A stretch of DNA of 64,000 nt from Candidatus Doudnabacteria bacterium (lineage in GTDB: Bacteria > Patescibacteriota > Doudnabacteria > UBA920): assembly GCA_031291995.1 (NCBI GenBank), contig JARLHZ010000025.1, positions 156,266-220,265 on the forward strand. Direction: 5' to 3'. Below are positions 27,183-37,153 of the stretch, in pieces; the first letter of the stretch is position 1; every line of letters starts with the position of its first letter. The notes beneath the pieces were generated by a model. The model was not told the origin of the DNA. It made no database searches and saw only the letters and a program-made list of their open reading frames with translations. Position numbers and translations under genes: made by a program.

Positions 27183-29465
27183 TTAAATTTCTCCCCCGGT
27201 TTTTGCCGACTTTTTGTTTTGCCAAAAATATAATGACAGCCATAATAAAGCCGCGGCCATTGATAGCTTCCAACCATAACCGTAGCCAAAGTCTTTCGGG
27301 TGGTAGCGGATAGATAAACCGTTTTGTCCGGCCGCGGGAACCTCAACGGCTCTCAATCCCATGGCATTTTGCATGGGTATGACGGCAGTTCCCCATTCCT
27401 CGGACCAGCCGGGGTAATAATTGTCCGTGGTAACTAAATAGCTGCCCATTGGGGCGTTATAAACTATATTTTCACTGCCGTCCTCTAATATGGTAAACCC
27501 AACCGCCGGCGTAATCAAATTCAGATTTTTTCCCTGTTGGATGTCCGCCAGTTTATTATCCAAGTCCGCTAAACTTCCCGCTTGTATTGTAAAAGCCCTA
27601 GGCAAAGGATTGTTGAGTTTTAAAACCGAATAATTGTTATCCTTAAAGGCCAGGCTGACATCGGTAGGATGGGCTTTTAAAAAGTCCAGACCTTGCGCGG
27701 CCGGATACAACAGATATCCGGCGCTCAAAAAACGCAATGCGTTTAAATTCGGGTCGCTGAATGTGTATTCCGGAGAGTAATTGTAATTACCAATCGCCGA
27801 TTTAAGCTTTTTGTTACTGGTCAAATAAATCGTGTCGTGGTCATTGAGCTCGTCAATGTGATACCATGTGCCGATGTTGGGCAACAAATTATCCCCATAG
27901 GTAAATACGCGGTAAAAGTTTTGGGAATATTGATTTTGTAAGTATGTTAATGCCGGCTGTTGCGGGTAAAAATTTTGCGGCCGCGCGGTTTTCATAAAAA
28001 TCATGCCGTGAATGGCGGTTTCCAGACAAACCAGGGTAAACAGTAAAATTATGGCCGATTTGTTTGACAGTCGTTTTAAAATCAGGTACGCGATTATCAG
28101 GTTCGCAAAAAATGCGGCAATCAGCGCGTCCTGCCACAAACTGACTGTATGCCAGTCCAGATTGTGGGCAAACTGCCAACCATGAGTGGCAAGACGATTG
28201 GCTAATATCAGCATGATGGAAAACGCGAGAAATCCGCCAAACGACCAATTTAATCGTTTTCGACTGACTTTTTCATTCAAAATATTTTCCAAACCAAACG
28301 ACGCAAACACGGAAGCGAAAAATGCCCACAAATAGAGCAGGCGGTTATTGTAGTTTAAATTGAATCCGGGAAGCTTATTTATGAGCGAGTAAATAACCGG
28401 GGCATGGTATACCAATGCCAGGCTAAGCAACGCGGCCGCTATAAAAAACCAAATTTGTTTTTTCATTGTCCGCCCAAACGCGCAAAGCCCCAAAAGCAAT
28501 CCGGTAATTCCGATATAACCCAAAGCCAGTTCGCCATAGTTTGGCACCAAAAGATAGCTAAAGTTTTTTACACCGGTATTTCCGTAAAAATCCGGAATTA
28601 AATTGGCCAAAAACATCAGCGGCTGGAGATAAAAAGGGTTTTCCGCGAACCCGGCCCGGTAATTCAAATTGGCGCTCAGTTTTAAATATTCCAAAAACGG
28701 CAATACGGCAACCAGGGAAATGGCAAAGCCGAGAAAATATATCGCGGATAATAAGATTACCCGCACTGTCCCCTGCTTTAAACTAAAACCGGAGCTAAAG
28801 GCTTTGAAAATAGTGTATCCGTAAATCGCGCAAAAAATATAAAAGAACGTTTGCGGGTGTCCGGCAAACAAGCCGAGGGCCGTAACCGGAGCCAGCCATA
28901 GCGCGTACTTTAAGTCAGCGCTGTTAAAGTATTTTTCAATGAGATAAAAGGACAGCGGCAATATCAAAATTACCGAAGTTAGCGGCCACAAAAACCAGAT
29001 GGCGTTGCTGTTGCAAAAGGCGAATAAAATAGCCCCGAGCAGGCTGGAAGAATGCCTGAGTTTGAGTTCCCGTAAATAAAGATAGGTAAACATACCCATT
29101 AGGAATAATTTCACAAACGCGTAAGCGCCGAGTGCGAATCGGATATTGAAAAAATAAAACAGCCAGGTCAGCGGAAAAAATACCGCGGACTGCATGTTGG
29201 CCATAAGAGGCAAGCCGTTGCCCGAAAAAACGTTCCAAAACGGAAAATGCCCGGACCGGATTATTTCGCGGGACAAATTCCACCAAGGCAGCATTTGCGT
29301 GGTAATATCCAAATAAGGAGCCACAAAATGCGCGGTGTCCACCGGCGCTAAAAATCTGCCCTGGAAAAACGACGGCGAAATAAAAATCAAAACCAGAAAA
29401 GCCAGAACTGCGGCCGCCGCGGCGGTCGGATGTCGAGAAATTTTTAAGAAAATTTTATCCAACAT
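27183..29465 (-). CDS. YfhO-like GT-C membrane glycosyltransferase
   Basis: PFWNVFSGNGLPLMANMQSAVFFP, GHPQ, DNYYPGW, many TMs. Confidence 0.85.
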   Translation of the reverse strand: MLDKIFLKISRHPTAAAAAVLAFLVLIFISPSFFQGRFLAPVDTAHFVAPYLDITTQMLPWWNLSREIIRSGHFPFWNVFSGNGLPLMANMQSAVFFPLTWLFYFFNIRFALGAYAFVKLFLMGMFTYLYLRELKLRHSSSLLGAILFAFCNSNAIWFLWPLTSVILILPLSFYLIEKYFNSADLKYALWLAPVTALGLFAGHPQTFFYIFCAIYGYTIFKAFSSGFSLKQGTVRVILLSAIYFLGFAISLVAVLPFLEYLKLSANLNYRAGFAENPFYLQPLMFLANLIPDFYGNTGVKNFSYLLVPNYGELALGYIGITGLLLGLCAFGRTMKKQIWFFIAAALLSLALVYHAPVIYSLINKLPGFNLNYNNRLLYLWAFFASVFASFGLENILNEKVSRKRLNWSFGGFLAFSIMLILANRLATHGWQFAHNLDWHTVSLWQDALIAAFFANLIIAYLILKRLSNKSAIILLFTLVCLETAIHGMIFMKTARPQNFYPQQPALTYLQNQYSQNFYRVFTYGDNLLPNIGTWYHIDELNDHDTIYLTSNKKLKSAIGNYNYSPEYTFSDPNLNALRFLSAGYLLYPAAQGLDFLKAHPTDVSLAFKDNNYSVLKLNNPLPRAFTIQAGSLADLDNKLADIQQGKNLNLITPAVGFTILEDGSENIVYNAPMGSYLVTTDNYYPGWSEEWGTAVIPMQNAMGLRAVEVPAAGQNGLSIRYHPKDFGYGYGWKLSMAAALLWLSLYFWQNKKSAKTGGEI

Positions 29466-29474
29466 GGATTATTA

Positions 29475-31130
29475 CTATTTAATGTCGCGCATCTCCCGCA
29501 TGCTACGCCCGGTGTTTTCGCCTTTTCGGGCTTTGGGAGTAACCCAGAATTCAAGATACTGGCCGAACATAAGGCGGGTTTGGGCTTCCACCGCGGGAAG
29601 GCTGCCAAAAATTACCGAAACTATCGGGACAAATACCCATTGTAAATACATCATAATGCTCCGCCAGACGCTGTATTTTTTCGGCCGGGGCGGCAGCAAA
29701 ACCAGGTTAACATAAACGCTGAAAATCAAAAAAATCAGCGCCGTATTTAAAAGGATAACGGTTATTTTTGGCAAGTTATATCCGACCACGCTCTGGTTGA
29801 ACGCGTCCCCGCCCAAATACAAGGGAAGACGGCCCAAAATGACAATTAAAATGCTGGCCGTGGCCCAATTAAAATTTCCTTCCACATATTGGTACAGCTT
29901 GTAAATTTTATCCCATAACGGGGCGCCGCTTTTTAGCAATTTGGGGATTAATTGGGGGTAGTATTCCACATTGTAAGCCCAGCGGCGTTTTTGCTTATAT
30001 TGGTTGACCATGGTCTGCCAGGTGCTGTCGGCCAGGCATGTGTCCAGGGAAATTGGAATAAATAGCGGGGATACGCGGTAGTCGCCGTTATAACGCAGGT
30101 AGCATTGCCAAAAAATATAACCGTCTTCATTTACAATATCTTTTTTCCATAATCCGACCTCAAGAAGGGCTTTTAAAGTCATGGTATGCGACGAAAATGT
30201 GCGCAAACGATCCGGGCGGCTGCTTTCGGTAAATTGCCAAAAAGAATTGGAGACCGAAACTACGCGGATGATGGCGGGGCTGTCCCAAATATTGTTATTA
30301 TATACCGCGACCGGCTGGTAGCTTTGCCGGTAAGGTTTTTCCGCCAGAAGAAATTCATACATGACCCGCGAGAAGTATTCCGGATGGACAATGGTGTCAG
30401 AATCAAAATTCGAAACCAAAACCTGGGGAACCGAAATATTCAGTTTTTCCAGTTCGGGAAGGATTTGGTTAATGGCATAACTCGCGTTGGCGCTTTTCCC
30501 TTTTATTTCACCCGGCAAACCATCCGGATGGCAAGTAACGAAAAACCGGAAGAAGCGCGGTCCATATTTTTCCTTTAGTCGGCCTTCCGCCTGCCGTGAC
30601 GCCTCGCCCGCGCGCTGTTCCCCGGCTAAAACCAGAAGCATTTTTTCTTTCGGATAGTCGCTATCGGACAAAGCTTGAAAAGTCGAATCCAAAACCTCAA
30701 AACTTTCGTCGCTAAATGGGATGAGTATTAAATGATAGTATGGCGAGTTGTCCAGCGTGAGACGGCCGCCGAGAATTTTCGCGTTGACGGCCTTTATTTC
30801 GGCCTTAAAAAAGTGCCGGGAGGTGAGCGTATTGGCCGCGGCTTTTTTATCGGACAAAAATTTCTCAAATGCGGGCAGGTCTTTAAGCCTCTCCACATAA
30901 TCGCCCCAGTTAATGGTTACGCAAAATCGGAATTTTTTGTAGGCGGCTATCAGGTGGCTTGCCGTATTAACGGCTTTCATGACCCAGTATAAATCAAAGC
31001 AAATAATAAACAGAGCGGCCCAGACCGGGCGGTAATAAGACAACCAAATACTACCAAAAAAAACTACCCAGAACTGCAGTCCCGGTAGAATTTCCCAAAA
31101 TCGTTCCTGTTTTGTTCGTTTCCTGTACAT
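29475..31130 (-). CDS. GT2-family membrane glycosyltransferase (synthase-like)
   Basis: GKSAN, FDSD, NED, QKRRW (QxxRW); start MYRKR (31130). Confidence 0.88.
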   Translation of the reverse strand: MYRKRTKQERFWEILPGLQFWVVFFGSIWLSYYRPVWAALFIICFDLYWVMKAVNTASHLIAAYKKFRFCVTINWGDYVERLKDLPAFEKFLSDKKAAANTLTSRHFFKAEIKAVNAKILGGRLTLDNSPYYHLILIPFSDESFEVLDSTFQALSDSDYPKEKMLLVLAGEQRAGEASRQAEGRLKEKYGPRFFRFFVTCHPDGLPGEIKGKSANASYAINQILPELEKLNISVPQVLVSNFDSDTIVHPEYFSRVMYEFLLAEKPYRQSYQPVAVYNNNIWDSPAIIRVVSVSNSFWQFTESSRPDRLRTFSSHTMTLKALLEVGLWKKDIVNEDGYIFWQCYLRYNGDYRVSPLFIPISLDTCLADSTWQTMVNQYKQKRRWAYNVEYYPQLIPKLLKSGAPLWDKIYKLYQYVEGNFNWATASILIVILGRLPLYLGGDAFNQSVVGYNLPKITVILLNTALIFLIFSVYVNLVLLPPRPKKYSVWRSIMMYLQWVFVPIVSVIFGSLPAVEAQTRLMFGQYLEFWVTPKARKGENTGRSMREMRDIK

Positions 31131-31140
31131 AAATGGCAGA

Positions 31141-31270
31141 AGTAATCGCGAATATACAAATTTATTATTAATATACGAAGCGGTACACTGTAAGTTAATT
31201 TTTCTATTTTGATCGGCAGACAACTCTTGGTTTCGTATATTAATTTAAGATTCGTATATTCGCGATTACT
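31141..31270. repeat. ~129 bp imperfect palindromic element, copy 3
   Basis: AGTAATCGCGAATATAC...TTCGTATATTCGCGATTACT; its terminus overlaps the TAG stop of the neighbouring gene. Confidence 0.9.
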
Positions 31271-31619
31271 AGTTGACCCTGGTTAAAAACAGTACCGCGG
31301 AAAGTAAAATAAACTCCACAAAAAAACTTACCAGCGCGCTTAACGCGGCCAAAAAATCCTGCCTATTCTTAATTGCTCGAAAAAGAGTGAAATTAACAAT
31401 TAAGATTGCCATTCCAATAGCCGGAATAAAGTAGAGGTTCCGACCCGGCCCATACCATAAAACCCCGACTAATACGTTATAATGAAGCGCAAGAGGGCTT
31501 TGACCGGGTTTGATTTTGAAATAAAGGAACAAAAATGTTATAATGTTAAGCGTTAAGGATAACGCCCAAAGAAACCAAACATTTCTGAAATAGTTTTTTA
31601 TAATCGAAATAAAATCCAT
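31269..31619 (-). CDS. Small membrane protein (DUF1648-like)
   Basis: Three TMs, LALHYNVLVGV motif; start MDFIS (31619). Confidence 0.7.
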   Translation of the reverse strand: MDFISIIKNYFRNVWFLWALSLTLNIITFLFLYFKIKPGQSPLALHYNVLVGVLWYGPGRNLYFIPAIGMAILIVNFTLFRAIKNRQDFLAALSALVSFFVEFILLSAVLFLTRVN

Positions 31620-31716
31620 AAATATAATAGCGGAAAATCGCTTGATTAAGCGAAACTGGTTTAAATTATACCATATTTTCCATTTTGGCGCTATTAAAAT
31701 TCCATAATTATAAATC

Positions 31717-33528
31717 ATGAGTCTAAAACAAAAACTATTTTTACTGGTCATTATATTACTGGCGATTTTTTTTCGCTTCGCGCAAATAAAATCCATGCCG
31801 GGCGGCTTATTTCCCGACGAAGCCGCCAACGGCCTGGATATAAATTTAATGCAGTCCGGTCATCTCCAGCCTTTTTATGAAAGAGGTAACGGTAGAGAAG
31901 CCCTGTTTTTCTATATGGAATGGGCCAGCACCGCTATTTTCGGCAAAGGCCAATGGCAAATGCACGTTACTTCGGCTTTAATCGGGGTATTGTCGGTACT
32001 TATGGTTTATCTGGTTTCTTACCGTCTTTTTTTATTGGACGCGGGACCGCCCAGCACCGATTACTTGGATGATGAATACCGGCGGAAAAAAAGCCGGGCT
32101 GTTAACGTAGCGCTTTTGGCTTCATTTTTGATGGCGGTTTCAACTTGGCATGTCGTTTTATCCAGAACGGCGCTTCGGGCAAATTTAACGCCGTTATTAG
32201 GCGCGCTTACTTTGTATTTTTTGCTGAGAGTTTACCAGGCGGCGAGCCAAAAGTCTAAAATTTGGTTCGGGTTACTTACCGGACTCGCCTTCGCGCTGGG
32301 TTTTTACACATATATCGCGTTCCGGATAATGGCGCCGATTTTGTTTATGATTATTGTCTGGCCCATGCTGGCCGCGATTATGCGGCGGGAATTTTGGAAA
32401 ACAATTAATGTTTACAAAAAGGCATTTATCGGATTTTTTGCGGCTTTTCTGCTGTCGGTCTCCTGGATAGCCGTATATTTTTACCATAATTTTGACTTTT
32501 TTATCGGTCGCAGCGGACAGGTCAGCATTTTTAATCAAAGCCTTTACACGGTTAACGGCCTTCAGCTCGTCAACAAGCCACCATTGCTTGTCGTGTTAAG
32601 TGTTTTTTGGGAAGTTACGAAGACAGCCGTAATGGGTTTTTTTACCCATGGTGATTTAAATTGGCGGCAAAATATATCGGGTTTTCCCCTTCTGTCACCC
32701 TTAATTAGTCCGTTTTTTGGCGTAGGACTTGCCGTAATTTGCGTATTAGGTGTGTGGTATTTTTTTGCGCCGAATAAGCGAGCTTCTTATTGGAAATATT
32801 TCTTGCTCACCGGCTGGTTTTGGGGCATGATGCTTCCCGAACTGGCCACGGCTGAAGGTATTCCCCACGGTCTGCGATCCGCCGGCGCAATCGCTCCCGT
32901 GTTCATAATCGCGGCCTGGGGACTATTCGAATTCGCGGGGTTGGTTTATAAGCTTCACAAGAGGCTATGGCAGCGGTCGCTTTGGCGGGCGGGCGATCCC
33001 GCATGGATTAAAGACGCGGCGCTGACTCCTCCGGGAATGAGAATCGTAAACTTGTCTTTAAAAATTTTAGTCGTTTGTTTTTCTTTGGCGCTCATTTTGC
33101 AGACTTATTTTTTGTATTTTGTTTACGCGGCCAACAGCCCGGAATATTTTTATTCGTTTCGGGCCGACCTGACCCCAGTGAGCCAATATCTGGTAGATCA
33201 CTGCGATCAATCCCTCGTTGCCGGCGACGGTTCGACTAAAGACCGGACGTTTTTAATTATTGATACATATTCCGAACAGACAACCGAATACTTAACTTCC
33301 GATCCCAAAGGCAATTTTGGCCAGCCCTGCAATGTCCCTTATAAAATTGTCGATCCGGCACACGCCTGGGAATTGCCGCCGCTTGAATCCGGACAGCAGG
33401 TGGTGTTTACCCAAAGCACGATTTACGATACATTTAAATTTAAACAACATCATCCCGAAGCGCATTTGTATATTGAAGTTCGTAATCAGTTTAACCAGGC
33501 GGTTATGGCCGTCTACAGGAGCGAATAA
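31717..33528 (+). CDS. GT-C (ArnT/PMT-like) glycosyltransferase
   Basis: FPDEAAN after TM1, WHVVLSR, many TMs. Confidence 0.85.
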   Translation: MSLKQKLFLLVIILLAIFFRFAQIKSMPGGLFPDEAANGLDINLMQSGHLQPFYERGNGREALFFYMEWASTAIFGKGQWQMHVTSALIGVLSVLMVYLVSYRLFLLDAGPPSTDYLDDEYRRKKSRAVNVALLASFLMAVSTWHVVLSRTALRANLTPLLGALTLYFLLRVYQAASQKSKIWFGLLTGLAFALGFYTYIAFRIMAPILFMIIVWPMLAAIMRREFWKTINVYKKAFIGFFAAFLLSVSWIAVYFYHNFDFFIGRSGQVSIFNQSLYTVNGLQLVNKPPLLVVLSVFWEVTKTAVMGFFTHGDLNWRQNISGFPLLSPLISPFFGVGLAVICVLGVWYFFAPNKRASYWKYFLLTGWFWGMMLPELATAEGIPHGLRSAGAIAPVFIIAAWGLFEFAGLVYKLHKRLWQRSLWRAGDPAWIKDAALTPPGMRIVNLSLKILVVCFSLALILQTYFLYFVYAANSPEYFYSFRADLTPVSQYLVDHCDQSLVAGDGSTKDRTFLIIDTYSEQTTEYLTSDPKGNFGQPCNVPYKIVDPAHAWELPPLESGQQVVFTQSTIYDTFKFKQHHPEAHLYIEVRNQFNQAVMAVYRSE

Positions 33529-35153
33529 TGAATATACTAAAAAAATATTGGCCGATTATTGTAATAACTTTAATCGGCTTGGGCTTCCGACTCAGTCACA
33601 ATATCGGTATTTCCATTTGGCACGACGAGGCGTTTTCCGCGCTGATGATCCGTTACGGCTGGGGGGAAATGTTCCAAAGGCTGGCTATGGACGTTCATCC
33701 CCCGATGTATTATATCGCGTTGCGAATTTGGCATTACGCCTTTGGTGACGGTATGTGGTCGCTTCGCGGTTTTTCGGTATTATTTGGAACTCTTACGATT
33801 CCGGCTGTATATTTATTTGTCAAAGAGTCCTTTAAAAACGGGAAAATGGCACTATGGGCCGCCGGTTTAGCCGCAATTAACCCTTTCGGGCTGCAATTTT
33901 CCACGGAAGCCAGAATGTATACTTTTGGCGCGTTTTTTGCCCTTATGGCATCTTACTTTCTGGTTAAAGCTCTGCGGGAGCAAAAGAAAGTTTTTGATGA
34001 CGATCAATTAAATATGCCGAACTTGCCCCAGGATATCAGGCTGAAAAAAGAGTTGGTCTGGAATTATTTGGGATTTGTGGTTTGCTCGACCATTATTGTG
34101 TTAACGCACTATTATTTGTTGTTTACAGCTGCGGCAATCATGCTGTACGGTCTGATTTACTGCGTGCGATATTATCGGAAAAATTACCGGCAATACCTGT
34201 GGCTTATTGCTTCTAGTCTTTTGGTTGTCGTCGGTTTTTTGCCCTGGCTCAGGCAGTTTTTGGGCCAGCTGCGTTCCGTGGGCGGCAGTTATTGGATCCC
34301 CGACATGACATGGTGGAGCATTCCTTCAACCCTGTGGACAATTCTGCTTGGGTTTGCAAACGATACCACAAAATCATCAACACAACTTTGGCTTGTAATT
34401 TTAACCCTGTTCAGCGGGTATTTTTTCTGGCGTTTTGTCAAAAAAACCGATCAATTTGAAAAGTGGCTGGTTATTCTGGCGGTTGTTATGCCTTTTGTCG
34501 GTTCCGTCCTATTTTATTTAAAAAGTATTTCCTGCGGCCATACCGGAGTTAATGGTTCGCTCGTTTGCCATGGGCGTTCACTTTACCAGGATCGTTACTT
34601 TTTGTTTGCCGCCGTTTTTTACACAATCGCGTTCTCGGCCTTTTTGTCCGAATTAAAAAACCGAGTCTGGGCCCGGGTTTTACTGGCCGGTTACATTCTG
34701 CTTAATCTGGTAGCCATAAAAAATTATTGGGCGGAGTTAAATTTGTCCGCAAAACCGGGCATGAACGGCGCGGCGCGGTATTTGGGGACCAATGTTGAAC
34801 CCGGTCAGCGTGTATTTTTGGGAACCAGCTTTGAATTTTTTAATTACAAATATTATGAGCAGACTTACTACCATGTCCCAACTCCCCCGCTTCTCTACAC
34901 CGGCGGCCGCGCCGATGTCAGCAAAATGTCTTCGGTTGAGGGGTCGGCTCTTTTAAGTAACTCCGATTTGGCTCCCAGTTACGCCCAATATGCCCATTCC
35001 GGCGATACTGAATGGGTCGTTTGGACTTATGCATTTGGCGGCAACCCGCCCGATGTCCCGGGAACGTGGAATAAAATTTCCGAAAAAACTTTTGACGATG
35101 TCCGCCCCTATTTGGGCACCACTATATATGTGGATGAGTACAAAGTTAATTAG
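33528..35153 (+). CDS. GT-C (PMT/GT39-like) glycosyltransferase
   Basis: SIWHDEAFS, DVHPPMYY, EARMY, THYY. Confidence 0.85.
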   Translation: MNILKKYWPIIVITLIGLGFRLSHNIGISIWHDEAFSALMIRYGWGEMFQRLAMDVHPPMYYIALRIWHYAFGDGMWSLRGFSVLFGTLTIPAVYLFVKESFKNGKMALWAAGLAAINPFGLQFSTEARMYTFGAFFALMASYFLVKALREQKKVFDDDQLNMPNLPQDIRLKKELVWNYLGFVVCSTIIVLTHYYLLFTAAAIMLYGLIYCVRYYRKNYRQYLWLIASSLLVVVGFLPWLRQFLGQLRSVGGSYWIPDMTWWSIPSTLWTILLGFANDTTKSSTQLWLVILTLFSGYFFWRFVKKTDQFEKWLVILAVVMPFVGSVLFYLKSISCGHTGVNGSLVCHGRSLYQDRYFLFAAVFYTIAFSAFLSELKNRVWARVLLAGYILLNLVAIKNYWAELNLSAKPGMNGAARYLGTNVEPGQRVFLGTSFEFFNYKYYEQTYYHVPTPPLLYTGGRADVSKMSSVEGSALLSNSDLAPSYAQYAHSGDTEWVVWTYAFGGNPPDVPGTWNKISEKTFDDVRPYLGTTIYVDEYKVN

Positions 35154-35360
35154 AATATAAAACTGATTTCATACACGAAATTGGTTAATTAAAAACAAAC
35201 AAAAAAGCCTGTATTAACAGGCTCATTTGTATTGTAGCACCAACCAATTTAGTTACCAGTCTCATAAAAATATCCTTCCGCAAGGAGGGATTTTTTATAT
35301 TCAAGGCGGGACGGGTAGTCATGCCAAGGCCGGCGTCTCGGCGTTGGCATTTAATAGAAT

Positions 35361-36044
35361 TTATCCTATTACCGTGCCTTGAAAAGAATCACCGTTTAAT
35401 ATATTTTGCAGATTTTTTAAGTTTTTTCCATTGGCGATAATCACTTTAAGCTTTAAACTCTGGGCCAGTTTGGCGGCCGTTGGATCAAACGGCAAGTTTT
35501 TGCCCGGATCCCATTTATTGCCGACAATTTTTCGGAAATCAGTCCAGTTGATTGCCTCTATCTTTTTCGCGTCTTTAAATTTGCGAGGGTCTTTGGTATA
35601 GGCATAATCCTGATCGAATAAATTTATAATGTAACCCGCGCTATAAGTTTTTGCCAGACGCACGGCGTCATCGTCTGTACTCCTGCCCGGGATCCATCCG
35701 CCTCCGACCAACACCGGGCGGATAACCGGCAGCTTTTTATTCGGGTCCACGACAATTTCTATATGGGCCAGTTTCCCAAAAATTAGTTTGATGAATTCAG
35801 CGTTCAGTCTGGTAGCTGCTATCCCCATCCAGTCAAGCTGATTGGAGCTGATATTAGAATCCAGTTTTTTTAAAGCGCCCAAATATTCCCTGGCCGGCCG
35901 GCCTCCGCCAGTAATTATTATAAATCGGTGCCCCTTTTTTATTTGGGACATCACCATTTTTCGAAAATCTTTTAGGAAATTGGTATCAATCGACCCCGGG
36001 TTAATTATTGACCCGCCTAATGAAATTACAAATGTTTTGCGCAT
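35361..36044 (-). CDS. pyrH: UMP kinase, archaeal-type
   Basis: VISLGGS, GGGRPAR, GIAATRLNA, PGRSTD, PFDPTA, GTVI; start MRKTF. Confidence 0.92.
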   Translation of the reverse strand: MRKTFVISLGGSIINPGSIDTNFLKDFRKMVMSQIKKGHRFIIITGGGRPAREYLGALKKLDSNISSNQLDWMGIAATRLNAEFIKLIFGKLAHIEIVVDPNKKLPVIRPVLVGGGWIPGRSTDDDAVRLAKTYSAGYIINLFDQDYAYTKDPRKFKDAKKIEAINWTDFRKIVGNKWDPGKNLPFDPTAAKLAQSLKLKVIIANGKNLKNLQNILNGDSFQGTVIG

Positions 36045-36094
36045 GGTCGTTAGCTCTATAATAATCCGCATCCGCGGATTATTATAACGGATGT

Positions 36095-37063
36095 TTAATT
36101 ATTACTGTTAGGGGTTGATGTAGTTGAGTTATTCGGCACCGGAATAGAATTTACACAAGGCGCGGATTTACTGCATGTATAAGCCCTGTCTTTAAAACGC
36201 ATGTCAACGTAGTAGAGATTCTTTAAGTCGCCCGGGGACATTTGCGACAACAGCAGGTTCAGGCGATTAATCATTTCGTCCGAATCAAAATCCAGATTGA
36301 ATTTTACCAGATAACCCGCCTTTAAGTAAACGTCTATATCCCCGCTTTCCAAATTCGGGAGTTCGTAATAGTCGATTGGGCTTTTGGCTATCCCGGGAAG
36401 TTTTTGCTGAAGACTGCCAAGAAACTGGCTTTCATCCGCGGTAAATAATTTTTGGCCCACGGGAATATAAGGATTATTATCCAATTTAATTATTGCGAGA
36501 TTTGAAGGCAAAGTCCCGGAGGCGTTAAGTTCTGCTTCTCCGGTAACCAGGCCGTCGGTGGACAGGGTAAAATTGCTAGAGCTGGCGGTTATTAGAAGGT
36601 ACTCGTCGGTTCGCGGCGTAAAACTTACGAGTAAAGTGTCGGGTAATTTTTTGGTAATTTTATCGACTGAAAGTATCTGCTGGTCCTGAGCTAATAAATA
36701 ATTTTGCAATCCGATTTTTGACATAAGCAGTAAATTTTTTTGCGGCCAGGGAGTTTTTTTGTCCAGGTATAGGTTTGTCAGAGTCTCAGCGCGTCCCCCG
36801 TCGGCCCCGGAAATCCGAACATTTTTTATAAAGAAAAGATTCGGAATAAATACTAAATAAATTAGAAAAATCAGAACCGCGCCGGTAATTATCCGGCTTA
36901 TCCAGGAGCCCAAGCCGATTTTAGCCAAAAAAACACCCCCGGCGGTCGGCGGTTTTGCTTTGGCCGGTCTTTTGTATCCCCGGGCGCGCTTCAGCTGGCT
37001 GCGGAACCGGGGGTTTTGCCAGCGGATTTTAGAGTCGGTTTTGTTCTTTGTTTGTCCGAACAT
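36095..37063 (-). CDS. FtsQ/DivIB-like cell division protein
   Basis: Basic N-tail, one TM, POTRA-like FIKNVRISG..KKLPDTL, C-terminal YVDMRF. Confidence 0.75.
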   Translation of the reverse strand: MFGQTKNKTDSKIRWQNPRFRSQLKRARGYKRPAKAKPPTAGGVFLAKIGLGSWISRIITGAVLIFLIYLVFIPNLFFIKNVRISGADGGRAETLTNLYLDKKTPWPQKNLLLMSKIGLQNYLLAQDQQILSVDKITKKLPDTLLVSFTPRTDEYLLITASSSNFTLSTDGLVTGEAELNASGTLPSNLAIIKLDNNPYIPVGQKLFTADESQFLGSLQQKLPGIAKSPIDYYELPNLESGDIDVYLKAGYLVKFNLDFDSDEMINRLNLLLSQMSPGDLKNLYYVDMRFKDRAYTCSKSAPCVNSIPVPNNSTTSTPNSNN

Positions 37064-37153
37064 AAAAATTTGAAATTACAAATTTCAAATGCATGTCAAA
37101 TATTGGAATATTGGCATTTGAAATTGTTCGAAATTTGTAATTTGAATTTGATA

